Under the pieces are notes generated by a model that did not search any database, had not been told where the DNA came from, and was given only the letters and a program-made list of their open reading frames with translations. Shown here one piece after another: positions 1 to 7,400 of a DNA stretch of 64,000 nt. The stretch lies in contig JBNKHE010000004.1 of NCBI GenBank assembly GCA_050290185.1, forward strand, positions 128,001-192,000. The letters run 5' to 3'. Both the position numbers and the translations under genes were made by a program. Position 1 is the stretch's first letter; every line of letters starts with the position of its first letter. The stretch is from Pontiella sp. (lineage in GTDB: Bacteria; Verrucomicrobiota; Kiritimatiellia; Kiritimatiellales; Pontiellaceae).

Positions 1-498
1 GGAGCCATGTATCATGGAACGGAAAAAGACTACAAGATCAAGAATCCGCACACGGGTGAAGAGATTATCGTGAAAGACTGCATCTGCGATGCCTTCCTGC
101 AAAACATCCTGCTCAAACCGCAGGATTACGACGTGATCGCCACCCTCAACCTCAACGGCGACTATGCGTCTGACGCACTCGCGGCTTGCGTGGGTGGAAT
201 CGGCATTTCGCCCGGGGCAAACATCAACTACCGTGATGGGAAAGCGGTATTCGAAGCCACCCACGGCACCGCCCCGGACATTGCCGGACAGGATAAAGTC
301 AATCCCTGCTCGCTGGTGTTATCCGGTGAAATGATGCTGCGCTACCTACCTTGGACAGAAGCCGCCGACTTCGTCATTAATGCCGTCGACAAAACGATCC
401 AGGACAAGACCGTAACGGGCGACTTCGCGCATATGATGGAAGATGCAACGTGGCTTTCCTGCTCCGAATTCGCGGATGCCGTGGTTGCGAACATGTAG
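1..498 (+). CDS. icd: NADP-dependent isocitrate dehydrogenase, C-terminal part (gene starts before window)
   Basis: Motifs [33 protein letters not shown] and [19 protein letters not shown]; the frame is open to the window edge. Confidence 0.95.
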   Translation, partial: GAMYHGTEKDYKIKNPHTGEEIIVKDCICDAFLQNILLKPQDYDVIATLNLNGDYASDALAACVGGIGISPGANINYRDGKAVFEATHGTAPDIAGQDKVNPCSLVLSGEMMLRYLPWTEAADFVINAVDKTIQDKTVTGDFAHMMEDATWLSCSEFADAVVANM

Positions 499-603
499 CG
501 CTACGGCCGTCTCTGCATCCCGGGAAAGCCCATGAAAAAGGGCCCCCAACTCGCGGAAAAGACCGCATGATGGGAACCCTTGGGGGGAGGATGAAACTAT
601 TGC

Positions 604-768
604 CTAAAGGGCGCCTTGCAATGCCTCGATCGCCTTGGCGATCGCATCCTTGGATTCTACGGCATCCTTGGCGCTCTTGATGATTTTCTCGTAGTCCGAG
701 ATTGGCATCTGCACTGCGACGGCATTGCCGTTACCATCGTAGAAGATCTGTACATTATCCTTTTCCAT
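604..768 (-). CDS. 54-aa hypothetical protein, missing from the ORF track (MEKDNVQIFYDGNGNAVAVQMPISDYEKIIKSAKDAVESKDAIAKAIEALQGAL)
   Basis: Read manually: ATG at 768, TAG at 606-604, strong RBS AAGGAG 6 nt upstream. Lies directly downstream of the 797-1957 gene on the same strand. Confidence 0.8.
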   Translation of the reverse strand: MEKDNVQIFYDGNGNAVAVQMPISDYEKIIKSAKDAVESKDAIAKAIEALQGAL

Positions 769-796
769 GACTTACTCCTTCGGTTCTTTCCATTGT

Positions 797-1957
797 TTAT
801 TTCAGTTTGTTCAGCAAATCCATATGGCCGCTTAGCCAGTCACCGGACTCATCCTTCTTTTCCGGCGAAGGCTGGGCCTGTTTTTCTTCCGCCGAGACCT
901 CCGGCTTCTTTTCTTCCTGAGCAGCCGGAGCCGGCTCGGAAGCTGGCACGGAAGATTCATCGAGATCCAGTGCCACAGCAGCAACCGGCTCTTCAACCAT
1001 GACGCCACCTTCACGGTCTTCCTCAGCACCGGAGGCATACAGACTGGAATCGAAACCCGACATGGAGAACGTATCTTCCTGACCGGCCTCGTCCATATTG
1101 GGACTGAAGCCATACTCATCCTTCGGAAGGATGAATTCATCATCTTTGTCGATTTCCAGCGGGAAAAATTCTTCTTCCTTCGCTTCGGCAACAGCTGCCG
1201 GAGCCAGGGTTTCCTTGACGGCGGGTACTGCTGGAACTTCGGGTTGAACCGTTTCTTCTGCTACCGCAACCTTAAGTTCTTTCTGTTGTTCCTCAACCTG
1301 CTCGGGAACCTCGATTTTCAAGGCACTGTCCGGCGCTTCCTTCGCAGCCGTTTCGGCTGTGGATTCCTTCTGTACCGCGGCCTGGGCCAAAGACTGACGC
1401 GGATTATAACCAATGCCATAGCGGTTAAGTACCGTCCAGATCAGGCCGACAACGACGCCGGCGATGACGAACGGGAACACTACAGCATTGAGGATGATAC
1501 CGCCGCCTGCGCTGGAAATGCCGCTGTTTAGTACAGCGTCAAGTACTAGCAATCCGGCAATAACAAAGATAAACGGAACCTGCTTCTTGTTGTAGAAAGC
1601 CAGGCGAACCTTCGTGGTGGCATTGCCAACAGCCAATGCACCGAAAGCTCCGTAGGTTGCACCTGCGGTGGTTACTTCAGCCACGCTGACTCCGCCCATT
1701 TCCTGCACGCCTTTGAAGGCGAGAAATCCGCCGGCGACATAAGAAAGTGAAACCACAAGCGGCTGTAGACCAAGCAGAATGACCGCCCAAAGTATGGAGG
1801 CGACATTCAGTGCTACGAAAGCACCCCAAATCACACTATTGCCAACAGGTGCAATTACTCCCTCCCGCGCAGCCAACCAAACTCCCAGATTGGTAGCGAC
1901 GAGGATCAAGCCTGCAACCGTAATCATTGCCATGTTTTTTTGTTTATCCCTATTCAT
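797..1957 (-). CDS. Hypothetical membrane protein: about 6 N-terminal TM helices, long acidic low-complexity tail, short amphipathic C-terminus
   Basis: Hydrophobic segments in the first ~185 aa, then an E/D/A/P-rich tail ending DWLSGHMDLLNKLK. RBS GGGAG precedes ATG 1957. Confidence 0.8.
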   Translation of the reverse strand: MNRDKQKNMAMITVAGLILVATNLGVWLAAREGVIAPVGNSVIWGAFVALNVASILWAVILLGLQPLVVSLSYVAGGFLAFKGVQEMGGVSVAEVTTAGATYGAFGALAVGNATTKVRLAFYNKKQVPFIFVIAGLLVLDAVLNSGISSAGGGIILNAVVFPFVIAGVVVGLIWTVLNRYGIGYNPRQSLAQAAVQKESTAETAAKEAPDSALKIEVPEQVEEQQKELKVAVAEETVQPEVPAVPAVKETLAPAAVAEAKEEEFFPLEIDKDDEFILPKDEYGFSPNMDEAGQEDTFSMSGFDSSLYASGAEEDREGGVMVEEPVAAVALDLDESSVPASEPAPAAQEEKKPEVSAEEKQAQPSPEKKDESGDWLSGHMDLLNKLK

Positions 1958-1971
1958 CGTTTTCTCCCTTC

Positions 1972-2730
1972 TCAACCTTTCGCCAGACCAATTTCTCCAA
2001 ATGCCTTGGTCAAAACGTTAAGCATCGTTTTATTCAAATCTCCCACGCGGATGGATACGAGGTTCAGGCGTGATGCCAGCAGTCGCGGAACTTCGCAGAT
2101 ATTGAGCGTGGATAGTTCGTCCGTATAGCGGGGATCCACCGCAAACCGGAGGTCGCCTTCAAAAATATCCACAAAGGCAAACTCCTCCCACTCGTCATAG
2201 TTCCAAAGACTGCAAACGCCGTCTTTCATGGTTACGCGGACGGTTCCGCCGCACGACTCGTTAAGACAGGTGTAGTATTGCTTAAAGACATTCAGCAGCC
2301 GTCCCGAGGAATCATGGGCATTATAATGGGCTTCGATTCCCTTTTTGATCGGTGGAATTTCTGCCGGAGGCTTTGCGCGCATGGTTGAGGATGCATGCTG
2401 GGATTTAACTGATGTGCGACCTTCAGGCGCATCAGGAGAAAACTCAACCGAGACCTTTTCAGCCTTTTCTTCCACCGGAAGTTGCTTCGGCCGGCTTTCT
2501 TTTACCAAATCCGCAGGCGCTTGCTGGGTCTGGGGCTTCCGGTCCACGGCGGGGGCCGACTTCGTAGATTGTCCTTCGAGATAGCGCTGCAGATTGGCCA
2601 GCACATCGGACTTTACCTGCTGAATCTTTTGGGCCTCTCCGGCCCGTTTCATCAACTCAACATATTCCTCATATGGAATCTGAAGATTTCCGTTGTCTCT
2701 CGAGATCAAATATTGAGCTACATTATCCAT
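1972..2730 (-). CDS. Hypothetical protein: small N-terminal domain, P/K/E-rich linker, C-terminal alpha/beta domain (possibly DUF5655/YdhG-like)
   Basis: 259-aa ORF; preferred start ATG 2730 with AGGGA upstream. The domain guess is by pattern only. Confidence 0.75.
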   Translation of the reverse strand: MDNVAQYLISRDNGNLQIPYEEYVELMKRAGEAQKIQQVKSDVLANLQRYLEGQSTKSAPAVDRKPQTQQAPADLVKESRPKQLPVEEKAEKVSVEFSPDAPEGRTSVKSQHASSTMRAKPPAEIPPIKKGIEAHYNAHDSSGRLLNVFKQYYTCLNESCGGTVRVTMKDGVCSLWNYDEWEEFAFVDIFEGDLRFAVDPRYTDELSTLNICEVPRLLASRLNLVSIRVGDLNKTMLNVLTKAFGEIGLAKG

Positions 2731-2779
2731 CTGTTCCCTAACCTTCTTCATGCATTGTTAAACTCACGCAATGATTTGT

Positions 2780-2795
2780 AGCAACATCCATGCCA
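2780..2795 (-). promoter_or_regulatory. Sigma-54 (-24/-12) promoter of the leftward operon
   Basis: Minus strand reads TGGCATGGATGTTGCT, i.e. GG-N10-GC, near the consensus TGGCACGNNNNTTGCW. Confidence 0.8.
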
Positions 2796-2896
2796 TAGAT
2801 CGCAGTCTGCAGAAGAATTGTGTATGTATATCCCGTATAATTGCCGCGGACGGGCTTTATATATAAGAGAAGACGGACTGTTTCTCTTTTATGAAT

Positions 2897-2917
2897 TTCG
2901 GAAAAGAGAGTTCCGAA
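2897..2917. promoter_or_regulatory. Perfect inverted repeat, candidate enhancer (UAS) for a sigma-54 activator
   Basis: TTCGGAA-AAGAGAG-TTCCGAA, located between two divergent sigma-54 promoters. Confidence 0.4.
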
Positions 2918-3099
2918 TAGATCGGGGAATGAATGGGACCGCTTGGTCGGCGACCCATCCCCCCTATCCTCCCGGAGATCATATCCGAAACCCACCGCCT
3001 TCAATCACTCAACCGGATCTACTCCCCTAATAAGCATTTATTTTACCGTAGCACCCATTCCTTCGAAATCATGAACAAAAGGTATCCCTTTTCTGTGTT

Positions 3100-3115
3100 A
3101 GGCATGGATCTTGCT
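3100..3115 (+). promoter_or_regulatory. Sigma-54 promoter of the 3154 gene
   Basis: AGGCATGGATCTTGCT, GG-N10-GC; 14 of 16 positions identical to the divergent site at 2780-2795. Confidence 0.75.
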
Positions 3116-3153
3116 ATCACCTGATTCACAAAACTAAGTTATGAGGTGAGGAC

Positions 3154-4266
3154 ATGAATAATAAACATAGCAATATGACAAATGTGATGGTTGCACTTCT
3201 GCTGGGAGCAGCAGTCCAATCGATTCGTGCAGAAACAGTCAATACTTGGCGGGGCGATGCGGTTAGCGCCGATTGGAATGAACCCTATAAATGGAAACTG
3301 AACCATGCGCCGGACGAGGGCGAGGCAGCACATTTCAGGGAAGATAACAGCGTCATCTCCATTAACAGCACCATCCAGCTGGATAATGGCATGCACCTAT
3401 ATGGCAAGGAACTGATGCTGAAAGGGAACGGTAACATCAACCTATGGAGCCAGGTTCCCCACGAACGCACGGTCAACATCCCCGCATCCGCCACCGGTTT
3501 TGCAAATCTAACGCTTTGCGATAACCTGTCGTTGAACGGTCGTATTTCCCTGTCCGCAAAAGGATTCGGCACCTCGGCCAGCAAAGGCAGCATAACCCTG
3601 AAGGATCGTTCAACCGTAACCGGGGGTCTTGCAATTGGAAATGAAGGGGTAGGTAGCGGGCAGGTATTCGTAAAGGATAACGCAACATTCCGCATCACCA
3701 GTCTCGAATTGAATACCAAAGCCGAAAAAGGCGGCATGGCGGAACTCCATATTCTTGGCGGCACGGTACGGATTGAAACCGACAAAGATTTTTTCGACGC
3801 ATTCATGGCTGATCCGGGGCGCCGCATTATTATTGGTGATACCGGTACGTTGCGGATTGAGTCAAATCTCCCGATCGCCGAAAAGAAAAAGATGATCAAG
3901 GAAATGATCGCCGGCCATCGCCTTATAGCCGCTCCGGGATGCCGTCTCAGCCCGCCCATTCTGCAGGATGAGATGCTGATTGCTCGTGCCGAGGATACGC
4001 GTTACAACTCTAACGACAATAACGGGGAGTCGCTGTTGGCCGCCATTGACAATATGTCAAACTCAACCCCTTCCGATAACACGGCAGGTTCCGACCTGGG
4101 TGATCTGGTCAAAGCGCTTCATAACGATGCCAACAACCCGGAGGAGAGTATGGCTGATGCCGATGCCGAACAGAAAACCGGCAAGACCCATATGGCCGGC
4201 TATATTGTATTCTTTGGTACCGTTCTGCTTGCATTGCGCCGCGAACCCGACGACGGGCAGGAATAG
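3154..4266 (+). CDS. Secreted or surface protein with Gly-rich beta-strand repeats and a C-terminal TM anchor followed by RR
   Basis: Signal peptide; N-terminal W-x-G..W....W..P motif; beta-helix-like repeats; C-terminus MAGYIVFFGTVLLALRR; RBS GAGG. Confidence 0.8.
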   Translation: MNNKHSNMTNVMVALLLGAAVQSIRAETVNTWRGDAVSADWNEPYKWKLNHAPDEGEAAHFREDNSVISINSTIQLDNGMHLYGKELMLKGNGNINLWSQVPHERTVNIPASATGFANLTLCDNLSLNGRISLSAKGFGTSASKGSITLKDRSTVTGGLAIGNEGVGSGQVFVKDNATFRITSLELNTKAEKGGMAELHILGGTVRIETDKDFFDAFMADPGRRIIIGDTGTLRIESNLPIAEKKKMIKEMIAGHRLIAAPGCRLSPPILQDEMLIARAEDTRYNSNDNNGESLLAAIDNMSNSTPSDNTAGSDLGDLVKALHNDANNPEESMADADAEQKTGKTHMAGYIVFFGTVLLALRREPDDGQE

Positions 4267-4284
4267 CTCAATCCGAACCGATTT

Positions 4285-4323
4285 AAAAAACGGCATGTTT
4301 CCAAAGGAGACATGCCGTTTTTC
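4285..4323. terminator. Intrinsic terminator (bidirectional type)
   Basis: AAAAAACGGCATGTTTCC-AAA-GGAGACATGCCGTTTTT hairpin right after the 4266 stop. Confidence 0.85.
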
Positions 4324-4351
4324 ATTGACCGGAAGAGCGAGGCCCGTCCAT

Positions 4352-4367
4352 TGGCATGTAAAGTGCT
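4352..4367 (+). promoter_or_regulatory. Sigma-54 promoter of the 4408 gene
   Basis: TGGCATGTAAAGTGCT, GG-N10-GC, 40 nt upstream of the ATG and just after a terminator. Confidence 0.7.
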
Positions 4368-4407
4368 TTTAGAAGTCGGATTATTTATATTTTAAACGAG
4401 GCGGAAA

Positions 4408-7400
4408 ATGAAAAAACAAACGAGATTCGCATGTTTTCTTGGCCAGGGTAAATTCCTGGGCGCAATGGCTACCCTCTTCCTATGCCCGGCGGCCAGTCAT
4501 GCCGCCATGACAGATGGACCCATTCAGTTGAGCGTTCCCACCTATCTGCTTCTCGGCCTTCTGCTCGTTTTCTCACTCATCATGTTTTTCATCTTCCAGC
4601 GGCGGTTCAACAATACGAGACACGAACTGCGGGACATTACTACCGAACTGGATACCACCCGAGCCCGCCTTGCGGAGACCAATCGGGAACTCGAATGCAC
4701 GCAAAAGGATCTCAAGGCCACCACCAACCGCTATCAGGGCATCCTGTTTGACGCCAGCGTCGGCATGTTCCAAATCGGACTGGACGGCCAGTGCACATAT
4801 GTAAACAACGCCATGAACGAACTTTCCGGGCTGTATCTCAAAAAAGCACAGCAGGAAGGAATAGTCAGCGCCGTGCATCCGGAAGACCGCCCCCGTTTCG
4901 AGAACGCCTGGAAGGCTTTTGTCGATAATGACGAATCATTCCTCCAGGAATTTCGTTTGCAGCGGAAACTCGGCCGGGAACTAACGGAGGTTCATGTCTC
5001 CTGTCGGGTCAGCAAGGTTCTCAACGCCAAAAAAGAAGTGGAAAGCTACATTGGCTGGATTACGGATATCTCGTCGCTGCACCAGCGTCAACAGGAGGAA
5101 CAGATCCGGACCAGACGCTACCATCAGTTTGTCAACGAAACCCTCGAGGGTCATTACCGGTTGATGACGGATCAGCCGATTCCAATCACCTCCTCCGCCT
5201 CGAAGATGGCTGACGAGATCATGGAAAAAATGGAGCTGATCGACTGCAACTCCACCTTTGCTGCGCTGTACGGATCCAAGACCGATGAATTGGAAGGCAA
5301 GGGAATCAGTGATCTCAATGGTGGCTGCGGCCCGTTTAAGAACAAACAGGACGTCATTGATTTCGTGGAAGCCGGCTACAAGACGGTTCATGCGGAATCG
5401 GTCAAGCAGGATTCCAGCGGAACCCGCCTGAACCTCATTAACGATGTCGTCGGAATCATCGAAGACAACAAGCTGGTCGGTATTTGGGGCGCACAACGCA
5501 ACATCAGCCACCAGAAACGCGAGATGGCCGAAATGACCAGCCAAATGCATTTCATGCATCGCATCCTTAATGCACTGCCGGCCGATGTCCATGTGAAAGA
5601 CACCCGCTGCCGCTACCTCTATGCCAGCAAGAAGCTGGCGGATCGCACCGGGATTTCCCAGGAAGAGTGGATTGGCAAAACCATTCATGAAGTCATTCCG
5701 GGCACCTCCCGCGACCACGACCAACGGGCCATTGATACCATGAAGTCCGGTAAGCTCAACCGCATTGAACGCCCGTACGAAGCCCGTGGAAAATCAGGAT
5801 GGATGGAAACGGTCCAGATACCGCTCGTCTCCGATGATGGTCTCGTGGAAGGGGTGGTTGCTTTATCGTTCGAAATCTCGGACCGCAAGAATAAAGAAGC
5901 TGTAGCACGGCAGAAGTACATGGATCTCGAAACTGTGCTCAAACAGACCCGCGGTGATTTAAATCAGACCCGCAATGAATACAACAAGACCACCACCGCG
6001 CTATCCGAAGCCCTGCAGAAGCTGAAAGTGATTGAAGCGGAAAAGGCCAACCGCGAATATGAGTACAAGCAGCATCTCGAAGAACGCAAACGCACGGAAA
6101 ACAACCTTCGTCGCAATGAAGAAGGTCTTTTGGCCCGTCAGCGCCAGCTTGAGGAACAACTGGCGAAGCGGCTGTCCGAGCTCGAATCCGAAACCGACAA
6201 ACGCAAGAAATGGGAAGAACTCCTGTCCATCCGGGATGAAGAGCTGCACAAAGCCGAAACACTGGCCAAGGAACTGGAACAGCAGCTGTCAGAAGCAGAG
6301 GATTTCCTGAAAAGTACGCAGGAACAGCTGATTCACATCACCGATCAGCACGCTTCAGAGTTCGAAAAAGAAGCCGCGGCACGCGCAGCCGCCGCGGAAA
6401 GGCTAGCGCTCGTACTGCAGCAACTCGAGCAAAGCGATGCAAAATGGAAGGGCGAAATCGAAGCCATCCACAGCCAGCATAAATCCTCAATCAATACCGA
6501 AAGCAATGCCCGGACGACGGCGGAAAAACAATTGGCCAAGACGGAAAAGTTGCTCCAGAAGACGCAGCAGGAAATCCAGCAGATGGCCGAGCGTCATTCC
6601 AAGGAGCTGGAAGAGGAAGTGGCCGAACGCAAAAGTGCCGCTGAAAAACTGATCCACAGCATGGAGGAACTCGACGAGCTGCGGCAGCAGTTCAATGATC
6701 GTCTTGACGAGGAAACCAAGCTGATCAAACAGGAATTGGCACAGAAGCAGATTCGCGAAAAAGCGCTGCGTCAGCATGAGAAGGATCTGGAAGAACGCAT
6801 CAAGGAACTGGAAAGCACTCTTCAGATGAAATCAAGAGAGTTCTCCGAACAGATTCAGGCTCGTGAAGGGGCCGAGGTTCAGAAGAAACAGATCGAGCAG
6901 CGACTAGAACAGATGACCAAACGGCAGCAGGAACTGGTTGCACGCGAAACCCAGAAGTTACAGCTGCACATCGCCGAAATCCGCCTCGAGGAAGTCAAGT
7001 TGCGCAAGGCATCCGGCGACATCCAGCGCGAAAAGGAAGCGCTCGAGGAAATCCTGCAGACACGAAGCAACGAATTGGAAAAAGCTACAGAAAAGCAACG
7101 GGGAACCGAAGCCCTGCTGAACGAAACCAAGTCGCAACTGCAGCAACTTTCCGACCATCAGGATAAGTTGATTGCATCGGAAACCGAAGCCCTGCGTGTC
7201 CAGCTTGTTGAAGTGAACCGACACGGCGAAGAGTTGCAGCAGCAGCTCAAGCAGTTGCAGCTGGGCAAGAAGGAACTGGAAGGTTCGCTAGCGGATCGCA
7301 ATGCCCAGTTGGAAAAGATCGGGAAGGAATACCAGCAGGCCAGAAGTGTATTGAACGAAACGCAAACAAAGCTCAAGCAACTGGCCGATAATCAGTCAAG

